A stretch of DNA of 62,896 nucleotides, the filler included, from Octopus bimaculoides (taxonomy: Eukaryota), in NCBI RefSeq assembly GCF_001194135.2. It is 6 parts of 5 records of this genome, joined end to end, with 100 filler letters (N's around TTAATTAATTAA, not from the genome) between each part and the next. Parts side by side here need not be neighbours in the genome. Positions count along the whole stretch, not along the records: positions 1 to 17,642 come from NC_068982.1; positions 17,743 to 24,009 come from NC_068992.1; 4 more parts are not named here. The stretch is one strand, 5' to 3'. The position numbers and the translations under genes were made by a program. The notes below the pieces were generated by a model, which searched no databases, had not been told where the DNA came from, and saw nothing but the letters and a program-made list of their open reading frames with translations. Positions within the stretch are counted from its first letter, which is position 1. Every line of letters begins with the position of its first letter. This document shows positions 11,570-23,664 of the stretch, in pieces.

Positions 11570-13796
11570 CCGGAACTAATAGTGAAATGAAGGAAACTAA
11601 AGTAAAAAATTCTCCAATCTTTGATAAACTGATTAAATATAATAAGTTAATGAAAAAAGGAGAAAATTCCAAACAATTTTATCAAGAACTAGGTAAAATT
11701 AAACAAAAGTCAATGTCATACCAACAATATGAGATGTAGAAAATCCTTCGAAAGTATTATCACCCATGGGAGTTTTCACAAATGCAGCACATAAGGTATT
11801 GAAGGCGATATCAATTCATGAAGTAGCCCAGCTGCTACAAATAGCAAACTGAGGGAAGGCGCAAGAAACGATAAAATCACAAACTTCAAGTTATATCATT
11901 TAACAAGCATACTAAAATGCTGCCATAAATATTTAATAGCCTACTGAAATAGCTGGTTGAAATACATAACTATCCTGGTGAGAAGAATGCCGTCAACATC
12001 CTTATCAGTAAACAGCAAAGTTAAGCACAAAAGAATCATTACCTTTCTACCAACAACTTACAAATCTTTAACTCCAGGATTATCGCAGCAAATAAATAAT
12101 TATATGAAAAATATATTTCCAGAAAAAGAAAGGAGATTCTACCATTGTTCAAGGTCAGTTGGTGATGAACAAATGCACAACAGAAAACTATAGAAAAAGA
12201 AAGAATATACAGAACAAGGTAGAGATATAGATATAAATATGAATGCTGTTAAATGTGTTTCCTCTACAAGGATCGTCAAAAGTGGATCAGCAGCATATCA
12301 TAATCAAGTACATTAAACACGTCATGAATAAATGGCAAGACATTCAGCGAATATAAAGAACAAAATATATTGGAAAATGAATTTAAAAGTGTGCAGCAAA
12401 CAAATAGATATTTGTTAAACAAAATGATGGAGTAAATAAGGCGACAGGCAGCAAAAATCTACCTTTTAAAATGAATTTAAAATTATAATAATTTCATCTG
12501 AATACTTAGTAAATTAGCCAGCCTAGATAAGAAAAAAAAAACAACTAATGACTACATTTATTATATGGTATGCAAGGTCGAACATAAAAAGATAATATCT
12601 GCTGCAAATGGTTAGATATCATACAAGACTATTATAATACCATATAAAGCTATTAGTATTCTATATTAAACTGTAATAAAATATCCGATGTTGGACTAGA
12701 AAAAATAGGTATTAGAAGTAACAGAAATTTATAGAAATAACTACAAAATATGATCAAAAGAATAAAATGTGCTTTCTCACTTTAATGATGCAAAAATATA
12801 TAACATGGTTTAAAGCAGCTTTAAGGAGAAACGATTAATAACAAAATATAAACAAAACAACCACTTAAACTAAACTAAAACAATTGGGTTACATATTGCC
12901 ATGCTAAACCAAATGCAAAGCAATGATCTGTTTGGTAAATACTGGACGAGGGATTGACTAGTATGAATTGGATTGACACGGATATTTCTCTGAAAAATTT
13001 TCAAAAAAATTTCAAAACGTTCAAAGATTTTGAGCACGATGCTGGGACTAACGGAAGGAATATTTTTAATGTAACAAATACATGAGCTATGCTAATATTA
13101 AGATATTCAGTTTCCTTTCTAAAATGAACAAGGATTGAACTATAGAACTTAGAACTTAGAAAGCTGTCCACAGTGCACAAAACGTACACCGTGAAATACC
13201 GGCTGCCTCAACATACAATAAAACGAAGGAGGACGATTTCTAAACACAAAAGAGACTTTTATTACTGCGATATTGGAGTTGAGAAAGTATGGTGAGCGTA
13301 ATGAAGAAAGAATATTCTCGGCGGTTAAAAGTGACCAAAGAGTTACTGAAAGAGTAGGAGGATTCAAGAACAGAAGGGAGGAAGAACAGTACAAACATTT
13401 AGAAAGGAAAGCAATAACATGGCTATTTCATCCAAGAAGCCGAGACCTAAAAGTAAAGGATGATTATTATGGCTAACATAACAAAACCTAATACGAGAAA
13501 ATGAAGTGCTAATTACGACCGCTTAAGATTAAGCCATAGGGACGATTCTGATAAAGCAAGGATCAACATGACTCGGTCCGAGAGAAGATATAGAATATGT
13601 AGTAAAGTTTGAAAGAAGACGAAAATATTAACTATAACTTAGGTGAATGTAGTAAGCTGGCACAAAAGAGTATACGTGCAGCCATGAGTGTATAGAGAAA
13701 AGAGTACATTGTGGTGTATAAGCTTTCGATATATAAATTGATAAATGAAAGTGAAAAAGGAAGTGTCCACAATACGCTGAACTGATATCCGGATTA
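11570..13796 (+). mobile_element. Old, heavily decayed R4/Dong-clade non-LTR retrotransposon
   Basis: Ordered degenerate motifs: NSKQFYQELGK; IITFLPTTYKSLT...NIFPEKER (~RPITCLPT.YK.LT...IFPEEQKG); IIKYIKHVMNKWQ; WLT*QNLIRENEVLITTA*D*AI (~WL..G.LKRETE.LI.AAQDQAI); GECSKLAQK. Cut at its 3' end by the mariner at 13797. Confidence 0.7.
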
Positions 13797-14670
13797 TACG
13801 TGTTCTAATCATTAAGTATCCGAACCGTTGCTATAGTTATGAAGCTGAAGCATGCAAAGTAGAGCGGCTTGGCACAGATTGACCTTGTACTCTGCTGTGC
13901 ATGTGCACTAAGTTTTAGCGTTCTAGCCCACCTCTGCTGTTTACAGTAGTGCTTGGAAAGAAGGTATGTAGCGTGTGATCATCGCATTAACTCTGACAGG
14001 AAAAGTTGTCATGGCGATACCTGCACAGAACCCTAAGCAAAGTTGCAGAAACCGTATAGAGAGGAGTACTTGAGCCGCACACATGTCTATGAGTGGTTTA
14101 GACGTTTCTAAGTTGGCTGAGAAATGTCGATACTAATGAACGTTCTGGGAGACCCACAACCAGCAGAACTGATAAAAACATCGTATATGTTCGTGCAGCT
14201 GTGAGGGGCAATCGTTAAATCATCATCTGTGAGTTATCAGTGGATGCGCAGATTAGTTACGGTTCAATTTAGTCCATTATCACTGAAGATGTTTGGTATC
14301 AGACGCGTGTCTGCCAAGTTTGTGCCAAAACTGCTTTCAGCTGGTGAAAAGGACACTCAGATTTCAGTTGCATAATATCTGCTTGATTGTGTCGAGAACG
14401 ATGAAAACTTTTTGAAAATTTTGCGTAGGCCTCTGAGCCAAGCTTTTGGAAAAAATTGATGTAGATTCTCTGCTCAACATTCTGTTATGGTCAATGCCAT
14501 GATCACATGCTACACCTCTTCCTTCCAAGCACTGCTGTAAACAGCAGAAGTGAGCCAGAACGTTAAAACTTAGTGCGCATGCACAGCAGTGTTCAAGGTC
14601 AATGTGTTTCAAGCAGCTTTATTCTCAGTTTTATATCTTCGGATACTTATTGATCAGACCAAAAGGTGTA
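13797..14670 (+). mobile_element. Non-autonomous mariner derivative with ~250-bp inverted ends
   Basis: TIR-like ends TACGTGTTCTAATCATTAAGTATCCG and CGGATACTTATTGATCAGACC. The internal transposase remnant reads YLSRTHVYEWFRRF...RSGRPTTSRTDKN...RRVSAKFVPKLLS...ENDENFLK. The segment ~14415-14670 is an inverted copy of ~13797-14045. Confidence 0.85.
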
Positions 14671-15701
14671 AAATAGCAGATGAAATCCACACAAATCAGC
14701 AAAGCTCCTATATTTAACGAGTATCCTAGCATGAACAACGATTCATACATGACTCGCGGCGAAGAACAAGTTAAACACTTTCACTGAAAATATATCGTAA
14801 ACAATGATTCTTGTTTGCTAATCCGCTAACATTCCATCCTCTTATCCACGACTTTGTATTGCAATATCTTCCTGAAAACTTAGTGAGACTCACCACCTGC
14901 TGTCTATAATTGTACTTACAATAAAAATAAACACTTACAGATGGACATTTTCATTGACATTGGTTTCTTGAATGAAACAGTCAATCAGCCCGACTACAAA
15001 AGATATTCACTAGATTGGACATAAATCAATTCACAATCATAGAAGGAAATTGTTATTCCACTTACTCAATTAACTTCTTTCCCTTCTGTCAATTCTGCAC
15101 TTTGTCACAACTCCAAAATATTGATGAAGATCATGAAAGTGGCGTTGTGTGGTGGTGTAATAACAAAAGCTATATCAACGGGAAATATTCCTTGGGTGAA
15201 AATACAAACATCAGCTGTTATATGCAGTTTTATACTCATTATTAAACGAAGTGGATAAACTTAATTTAAAGTGACTGCCTTGAAATATTTTATAATCGAT
15301 ATATTCTCTTTTCCCACCTTCATTTTACACAGAAAATAAACACAATCTTCGCAGTATTAATTTGGATTTTAAATTTATCGAATCAAACTCATTGCATATT
15401 CATATATATAATTTTCATATTGCTAGTGAAGAATAGCTTAGACTATTATGCAAAGGTTTTTTTTTTTTGCAGTTTTCGCTTCTGATATATAAAGAGACAC
15501 GTTGAGTTCTAAATACAGCCCTAATGAGTTTAGAGGGATATATCACCCGAGCAGATACCGTGGTAGCTTTCATTTGTGTTCCAGGTTACGGCTAAAAATA
15601 TCGATTATTATTTAACGTCTATGATTAGGAGTTGTCACTCACGCTGCAAATTGCTTCGACGGATAATTCTGCTTCACTGGATGGTAATATTATTGGAGTA
15701 G

Positions 15702-15905
15702 AAGGCGGTGAGCTAGCAGAATCGTTAGCATGCTGGACGAAATGCTTGGCGGTATTTTACCCGTCGCTACGTTATGAGTTAAAATTCAGCTCAGGTCGAC
15801 TTTGCCTTTCCTCCTTCCGAGGTCGATAAATTAAGTTCCAGTTGCATACTGAGGACGATCTCATGGACTGCCCCGCCCTACGAAATGTCACGCCTTATGC
15901 TTATA
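15702..15905 (+). mobile_element. SINE family B
   Basis: GGCGGTGAGCTAGCAGAATCGTTAGC head (A-box-like), GAGTTAAAATTC (B-box-like) and the GTCGACTTTGCCTTTCCTCCTTCCGAGGTCGATAAATTAAGT central domain. Confidence 0.9.
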
Positions 15906-16447
15906 AGAGGAAGGGAATATTATCTGGGGTATATATTTGCAATAATTATAACGATAGAGAATATGGAAACTGGTACATCATAAAAATTACTACCTCTTAT
16001 TTTACAATGTTATACAGCATATTTTTTTAATGTTACGACGACCTACACATCTTTCCGTTGCACAGAGTACAAGGAGTTGCGTATGCAACCAGGCATAATT
16101 TTCTGTACAGCTTCGTTCAGAGTCTCTCAAACAGTTTGGTTCGAAGCGAAATGAATTCGTCAGTTGTTTATTGGTTAAGGTTCAAGAGGAAGCGAGGGAA
16201 GGTTTAGCTTGCATTTGAAATCGGATCTGATTATAAAATTAAATGGTCGACATCGGCTTCACACCAGCTGCTGGCCAAAAACGGGAATCTATCTAGTTAG
16301 GTCAAAGTCTATTTTACCTGTTTTTACAGCCTTATTTGTATATTGTAGTAGATGGGTATTTAATAAGCTTAATTTCAAACAATCTTTTTCTATGTGTATA
16401 CATATGTGTGTGCGTGTGTGTGTGTGTGTGGTTGTTTACTCCTTATG

Positions 16448-17320
16448 CAGGTGTGTGTGATTTCTTGAATGGAAGCGTTCCTCTGAAAAATATCATTACC
16501 ATTTATATAAATAAACAAATTCAGCATATTTGTGCTCGTACAAATATGATACACAATAGTTCATTGATGGTGTTATAGTTAAAAAGATATAGATATTATA
16601 GAGAGAAAGAAAATAATAGATAAAAACTAGTTAGTAAGGGAGAACGTTATAGATAAAGTGTAAAGGAGAGGGTAGCTAAATATATCAAGTAGTTGAGCAT
16701 ATGCTTTTAACAATACCAAGATTAATAAAATATATTATATCAAATTTCTTTAATTGTATCTAAAACTGTTACGTTATCAATACTTGCGTAAATATACGGT
16801 CAATACTTATTACGTAAACATAAGCAGAACCTACATATTAAATATTAAATATAGAAAATTTATATGATAACTATGTACACTAGAGGTGTTATTACTTTAA
16901 GATAATGTTATATCTTAAGTTTAGTTTAATAAGTTACTATAGTAATTTTAACTAAATATTTCAGAGAACTATGTTTAATCAAAGTTATAGTAAAATAGAT
17001 ACAAGTAGTCACTTATATTAGATATAACTTATATTTATAATATTTAATTAGTATATTATACTTACTTAGTATACTAAACCCGACAAACTACATTATAGCA
17101 GAAATATTGATATCTTTAACGTTCTCCCCAATTAAGTAGATTTTATATATCATTTTGTTTCTCTCTATAATATTTGTATCTTAACTACCATAACACCATC
17201 AATGAACAATTGTGTATCATATTTGCACGAACACAAATATGTTGAATGTGTTTAATTATATATCTGATAATAACGGTTTACTGAGGAACACTTCTATTCA
17301 AGAAAACACACACACATCTG
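16448..17320. mobile_element. ~870-bp foldback/MITE-like element with ~210-bp imperfect terminal inverted repeats
   Basis: 16448-16655 matches the reverse complement of 17111-17320 (for example CAAATATGATACACAATAGTTCATTGATGGTGTTAT vs ATAACACCATCAATGAACAATTGTGTATCATATTTG). The interior is AT-rich and non-coding. Confidence 0.8.
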
Positions 17321-17834
17321 AGATTGTCGCATGTTTGCCTACACATTGAAAGGTAACTTCCTTTTGGAAATTTTCCCTGGAGAAATACCGAATTGACTGG
17401 TTTCGAATATGGGAATTTCCATTTCATCTCTGTAATTGAATTGATTGGGTGGAATTTCTTTGCATGAACTTGAATGACTGTAAATGAATAACGTCCATCA
17501 ATTTTTCCATTTTCTTCATTTCTCTCATACTCACAGACACACAAATAGACAGACACACATACACAACACACACACACACATATTTATATACATATATATA
17601 CATATATGTATGTCTGGATATATATATATATATATATATATANNNNNNNNNNNNNNNNNNNNNNNNNNNNNNNNNNNNNNNNNNNNTTAATTAATTAANN
17701 NNNNNNNNNNNNNNNNNNNNNNNNNNNNNNNNNNNNNNNNNNTAGAGAGAGAGAGAGAGTGTGTGTGTGTGTGGAAAGCGAAAGTGAAAGATGTCATGTA
17801 AAAGTTAAATTTTGATTTCACCCAGATTGGATAA

Positions 17835-17959
17835 TACGAGGGGTGTTTGAAAAGTTTTCAGCCTTGAAGTCTTGTACCTTCATCAAAAGTCTTGTACCAT
17901 GTTTTTTTTTGTTTTTTTTTTGTTTTTTGAGGTTCAAGACTTTTTGTACACCCTTCGTA
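17835..17959. mobile_element. 125-bp mariner-type MITE
   Basis: Ends TACGAGGGGTGTTTGAAAAGTTTTCAGCCT and AGGTTCAAGACTTTTTGTACACCCTTCGTA match at 23/30 positions as an inverted repeat, and both termini are TA. Confidence 0.75.
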
Positions 17960-19084
17960 GTAGTTAGTTCATCTTTACTAATTCATGTTCCTCAACTTCG
18001 CTTCAGGAATAATATCAGTCACAAGAAATTCAGACTAATAGCTGTGTGTTACTTCTCCTCCGAACTTCTCTTTGCCTGCAGTATACATATGTATGCTTGT
18101 GAGTCTGTATGTATGAGTTTGTGTGTGCTTGATTGTGTGAAGAAAATAAAAGAACACTTGATAGTAATTTCCTATGTAACATTTCATTTACACAATTCAA
18201 GACAAAAGTGTTGGATCAAAAAACGCAAATATCAAATAGATTATCAGGTCAATTTAGGAACGAAATTTTTCAGTCGGCCATTAAATTCAACTAATTCACT
18301 ACTGTTCCCAACTCTACATATTAGAATTGAAGATTGATATTAGATTGTAGTTTCTAGATCTGCTGAATACAAGAGTGTAATTTCTCGGAATTTACTGCCT
18401 ACATTAAAAAAATATCTTTCCACTCGATAATGGGGTAGGCAAAAAAAAAACCTACCTAAGTTTGTGCAACAAGAAAAATGGAAGAAATTTCAATTGTATT
18501 ACAGCAAACTCGTATATTTAACAGACTGCTACAAATTACATTCATAATAACTTCGTCTATGAATTAATTTCAAAGATAATCTCGCTGGTAATGTTTGTAT
18601 AAGCGGAAAAAGAAGTACATATAGAGCTAAATGGAATAAAAAGAGCTAAGGAGGAGCAACTGATTATGTTTACATATAGATTAACCATTCACTGGTAATC
18701 TTGAGGAAATTGCCATGAAGTTTATTCGTTTTACTGTCTGTCATATATGAAAGCACACATTAGTATTTGAATATATAAACATAAAGAAACTATTTCAAAT
18801 TGGATATCAAACATCCAGCTACATATCATATACGTTTGGTATTCCGTGGCTCAATATAGACATTTGCGTGATAACGTCCTTCATACATTATTCAAAAGAT
18901 CCAATGAATTCATTTTGCAAATAATAGTTGGCCTAATTCTTGTGTCTTAGAGATTTTGAAAAGATAGTATAACCCGTCCATGCATAAATATTTTGAAGCA
19001 TCCATTAAATACGTTAAGGTTGCTGCTTAGCAAAAGCGTAGAGGAGGCAATAAAAGGATGTAAAGTAATGTTATTTTCTCCCAG

Positions 19085-19540
19085 TTGGACCTCTCAACGC
19101 TCTGTGATGCTGCACAACGGTGCCGATGCCGCGATGCCCTCCATGTATTTTAGGATCAGATAAGCATACGGCGACATTCGTCAGCAGATTCCGACGCAGA
19201 TACCCACGTCCTAGTTCCCACTGGATTCTCTAAAAGGCTCAAGTTTACGCAATAACGGGTCTAGAGTCAGTACGTAAAGTACTCTGAGGGCAACATTCAC
19301 ATGCTGAGAGAGGGTAACTTTCACAAAGCAAGCCATGCTTCGTGAATAGTTTCCATAGAAGACTATTCACTGTGACTACTGAGTCGATGCAAATGTAAAC
19401 TGAAACTATCAAGTCCCTGAAGATGGGATCGAAACTTGCCATTGTGAGGACAGCCAAGTGTTCGTAATTGACATTAGCGAATTTTTGATTGATCCAAATT
19501 GATCAGAGTCCCAGCCATGTCAGGTATATGATCTGCTCTA
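19085..19540 (-). mobile_element. L1/Tx1-clade LINE reverse transcriptase remnant
   Basis: Minus strand: INLDQSK...HLAVLTMASFDPIFRDLIVSVYICIDSVVTVNSLL...VLYVLTLDPLLRKLE...VSASESADE, resembling INLDQSKAFDRV...VVRVNG.LS...RQGCPLSPLLYVLALEPLLRKL...VSAYADD; frameshifted. Confidence 0.7.
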
Positions 19541-19744
19541 ACTTATTAATTTCAGCCAAAAGAGTTCGATACAAAAAATACCATGTTTTAAAAGTAAGTG
19601 CTAGTGTCAATTTGTTTGGCTCAAAATTTTAAGGCGGTTTCCCAGACTGGCCGCTGTTCGATGACTTCAGTAAGTGAAAAATAAAACAGAAGATAAGAAC
19701 TGTTCTGCATTCTATAATAATACAATTTGCCTCCAATTAGTGGT

Positions 19745-20120
19745 AGTTCGTCTGCCGTTACGTTCTTAGTTCAAATTCCGCAGAGGTCGACTTTGCCTTT
19801 CATCCTTTCGGGGTCGATAAATTAAGTACCAGTTACGCACTAGGTTCGATGTAATCGATTTAATCCCCTTGTCTGTCCTTGTTTGTCCCCTCTATGGTTA
19901 GCCCCTTGTGGGCAATGAAGAAATAAGAAGCGTTAGCACACTGGACAAAATGCTTAGCAGTATTTCGCCCGTCACTACTTTCTGAGTTCAAATTCCGCCG
20001 GGGTCGACTTCGCCTTTCATCCTTTCGATAAAATAAGTACCAGTTAAACACTGGGGTCAATGTAATCGACTCATCCCCACCACCCCCAAGCTGCCTTGTG
20101 GCAAAAATTTGAAATAATTA
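19745..20120 (+). mobile_element. Two SINE family B copies head-to-tail (~19745-19929 and ~19930-20120)
   Basis: Both contain GTTCAAATTCCGC.G.GGTCGACTT.GCCTTTCATCCTTTCG...AAGTACCAGTT. The first ends ...CCCCTTGTGGGCAATGAAGAAATAAGAA and the second ...CCTTGTGGCAAAAATTTGAAAT. Confidence 0.9.
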
Positions 20121-20129
20121 TATAAATTT

Positions 20130-20206
20130 CAATTGCAGCGTGGAAAATGATTATATACCATTTAAGAAACATAAATGGCTTATAAACACCTTCCACGCTG
20201 CAATTG
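20130..20206. other. 77-nt symmetric hairpin (35-bp arms, 7-nt loop)
   Basis: CAATTGCAGCGTGGAA/TTCCACGCTGCAATTG is a perfect 16-bp stem, plus CCATTTA/TAAATGG; about 28/35 positions pair. Confidence 0.75.
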
Positions 20207-20842
20207 TTTTCGTTCCAGGACACGATCTCAGATCAGGTCACTTGCTACGCAAGTACATCTCCGTAATATATAAATTTCGTAATATTCAATTCCAAGATTG
20301 GCCTCGGTGGGTTTTGAACGTATAATGATACATTACTCAATACTGAATGTATTCTATCCAATATTTTTATAATTCACCAACCTTAGACTTTGCTTCTATA
20401 TTTCAGTGCTACTCTTATTATTCTGCTTTTATTTTCGTGGCGTTGAGTATGCGTATTTCTGTCCAGCCTAATCCGTATGAATAATAACCGAAATACGATA
20501 CTTGTTGTGTCAAGTATGACTTCTGTATCCATATATTGATATCATGTTGCCTTATTTCCATTTGTAGAATTTCTTCAACATTTAACTGCTGTAAATATAT
20601 ACGAATATCAATTTTAGGTCTTTTTCTTTTTTTTAATTCCAATCTGTATTTTCAAGCAAAATTCAATTACTGCCTTCCTTCATTACGCTATGAGGTCCAC
20701 TAGTAACCCCATCGCGAAGTTCATGACCTGCTCTATGTAGATGTCATGAACTTTTCATGGGAAAATACAAAGGCTGCTTCACTCTGTCTTTCTTCGGTTT
20801 TTCCCTTTACAAGTGACTTTGTTGTAGATCATAGCCAATAGG

Positions 20843-21009
20843 AAGAAGAAGAAGAAGAAGAAGAAGAAGAAGAAGAAGAAGAAGAAGAAGAAGAAGAAGA
20901 AGAAGAAGAAGAAGAAGAAGAAGAAGAAGAAGAAGAAGAAGATGAAGGAGAAGAAGAAGAAGAAGAAGAAGAAGAAGAAGAAGAAGAAGAAGAAGAAGAA
21001 GAAGAAGAG
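20843..21009 (+). repeat. (GAA)n microsatellite, ~55 units with two interruptions
   Basis: Read directly from the sequence. Confidence 0.97.
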
Positions 21010-21039
21010 AACTAGGCGGTTTCGTAATATATCATTAAG

Positions 21040-21245
21040 CAAAATAGCACGTTCTACATAAGGTACGAATGTCTGAAATTTGGAGATGGAGGGACTGTCG
21101 ATTATGTCGACCCCAGTGGTCAGCTGATGTTTCACTTGATCATTTCCGAAAGGATTTAAGATAAAGTCGACCTCGGAGGAATTTCATTTCAAAATGTAAA
21201 GAGTGACGAAAAGCCGTTAAGCATTTTGTCCGCTGGTGTAACGTT
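21040..21245 (-). mobile_element. SINE family B (degenerate)
   Basis: GTCGATTATGTCGACCCCAGT...AAAGTCGACCTCGGAGGAATTT is the reverse complement of the family B core. Confidence 0.8.
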
Positions 21246-21325
21246 TATGTAGTCCTTCTACTATGCGTACATGGCCTGGAAATTTAGAAAAGAGGTCTAG
21301 TCGATTTCATCGACACCAGTGCTCA

Positions 21326-21535
21326 AAGAAAGTGGAGGCACGTGGATGTGGGACTGATGACGGTAAGAATGTGGTTTCGATTCATGGACCGGGCGACTCG
21401 TTGTATTCTTAAGTGAAAAACGCTGACAAAAATGAGTAATCCTGTGACTGACGGTGTCTCGTTCAGGTGGGAATTTATACGTCACTGAAACCGGAAGACC
21501 GGGCCTTAGAGTCGGTGTAACCCGAGGTGGCATAT
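21326..21535 (+). mobile_element. SINE family C (tRNA-derived, internally deleted)
   Basis: GGAGGCACGTGG...GTGGTTTCGATTCATGGACCGGGCGAC (B-box-like), then GACAAAAATGAGTAA and GAAACCGGAAGACCGGGCC. The head and CAAAAATGAGT block are shared with 62472-62585. Confidence 0.6.
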
Positions 21536-21554
21536 TTATCTTTTTTTTTTTTTA

Positions 21555-21650
21555 GGGCTCAAAGAAGACCTGGGCGGAATTTGAAATTAGGGCATAAATC
21601 TGGAAAAAATGCCGCTACGGATTTTGTTCGGGTTGGCTCACCGCCCTTTT
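21555..21650 (-). mobile_element. SINE family B 5' fragment (degenerate)
   Basis: The reverse complement reads GGGCGGTGAGCC...GTAGCGGCATTT...TTCAAATTCCGCCCAGGTC. Confidence 0.6.
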
Positions 21651-22364
21651 AACCGGAATAATAAAGGGAAAAACTACCTCTAGCAGATTTCATTGTCAGG
21701 ATTTTCAGAAAGCCCGAGGAAATACCGAAGGGTGATGGTTTTTACGACTCTGCCATACCAAAAAGTAACATAGTTAACACAAAACAGTATAAGATGTGTC
21801 GGGTGCTGAGTGCTTATTATTGACAAAATGACCCTTCCAATATACAACAAAATCTATTTCATTACAGGAGTTCACATTTTAGCAGACGAAATATAAAGAT
21901 GAAACCTATTTTATCTGCTTTTCGCATTTTTTTTTTTTTAGTAATAGTTCAGAATGTGTAATTAAATTACTGTTTAGATTTATGTATCTGAAAAGCAGAG
22001 ATTCATAGACGATAGCGTTAAAATATAATGAAACGACCCACACAAAACTTTGACAAGTTCAGAACTCTTTTAAATGAAGAAACAGTACACTTTCAGATTA
22101 TATAACTTGAATTTTNNNNNNNNNNAAAAAAAAAAAAAAAAAAAAAAAATTGAGAAAATAAAGTATTATATTGAAAGGATTTGTTAAGTCAATACGTATT
22201 GTCAGTTTTTATTTAACTAAAGATTACATTGTTGTCCCACAATCGCCATATTAACTAGCGTCTCTTATAAAACGATACATTAAACCTTTTCAATTATTGT
22301 GAATTAATCCCCTAGTTCTATTTTACAAAGAAATGTCTGCCAAATCTGTTGGATTATCAAAACT

Positions 22365-22760
22365 AATAATGGCTTCAAATTTTGATACAAGGCCAGCAAT
22401 TTCTGAGGGGAGAATAAATCGATTACATTCAACCCAGTACTCAACTGGTACTTATTTTATCGACCCGAAAGTATGAAAGGCAAAGTTGACTTCGGTGGAA
22501 TTTGAACTCAGAACGTAAAAACAAATGAAATGCCACTGAGCATTATGTCCGGCGCGCTAACGATTCTGCTACCGTGCAGAATAATATCAATTCTTTGTAC
22601 TATACGCACAAGGCCTGAAATATGGTGGTGGAGGGACTAGTAGAATACATCAACCTTAGTACTTGACTGGCACTTGTTTTATCGATCCCTAAAGGATGAA
22701 AGGCTAAGCAATTTCAACTCAGAATGTAAAAGCAAACGGAATGCCGCTATGTTTGCTGTC

Positions 22761-22822
<62 letters not shown>

Positions 22823-23214
22823 CGCTTTAAATTTACGGGCAGTGGATTGTAGAGTACATCGAGCCCAGTATTTCACTGGTAGTTAATACCTCGAGCCCTA
22901 CAAGATGAAAGGCAAAGTCGACCTCGCAGAATTTGAACTTAGAACGTAGCAACTGGCGAAATACCGCTGAGCATTTCTCCCGGCTTGCCAACGATTCTGC
23001 CAGCACACGACGTTTATACTAGTAATAATGCTGTCTAGTATAGGCACAAGGCCTGAAATTTGGGGGAGGGGGCCAGTCGATTACATCCACCCTAGTGTTT
23101 CACTGGTACTTAATATATCGACCCAAAAAGGATGAAAGGCAAAGTTGACCTCGATGGAATTTGAACTCAGAACGTAGTCCAGCATACTTAACGACTCTGC
23201 CAGCTCGCTGCCTC

Positions 23215-23256
<42 letters not shown>

Positions 23257-23664
23257 CTTTTGTATTCTTGGCACAAGGCCTGAAATTTTTTGGTGAGGAG
23301 TACTTAATTTATCGACCCCGAAAGGATAAAACGCAAATCGCCTACGGTTGAATTTGAACTCCGAACGTAAAGATAGACGAAACACCGCTAAGCATTTCAC
23401 CCGACGTGCTGACGATTCTGCCAGCTCACTGCCTCAATATAAATAATAACCTTTTGTAATCTTGGCACAAGGCCCAACATTTTGGGGTAGGGGTTTAGTT
23501 GAACAGATCGTTCCCAGTACGCAACTGGTACTTAATTTATCGACCCCGAAAGGATGAAAGGTAAAGTCGACCTCGGCAGAATTTGAACTTAGATCGTAAA
23601 GACAGACGAAATACTGCTAAGCATTTCACCCGGAATGCTAACTATTCTGCCAGCTCACCGCCTC

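Noticed and set aside
14938-14995. Possible 55-nt minus-strand micro-exon with AG acceptor and GTAAGT donor (GLIDCFIQETNVNENVH)
   Set aside because: No partner exons or homology are identifiable, and such signal pairs arise by chance in 60 kb.
17687-17698. TTAATTAATTAA islands inside gaps (also 24054, 52052, 56829 and 60621)
   Set aside because: The same 12-mer with stops in all six frames, centred in N-runs, is a scaffolding linker and not biological sequence. Distances across these joins are unreliable.
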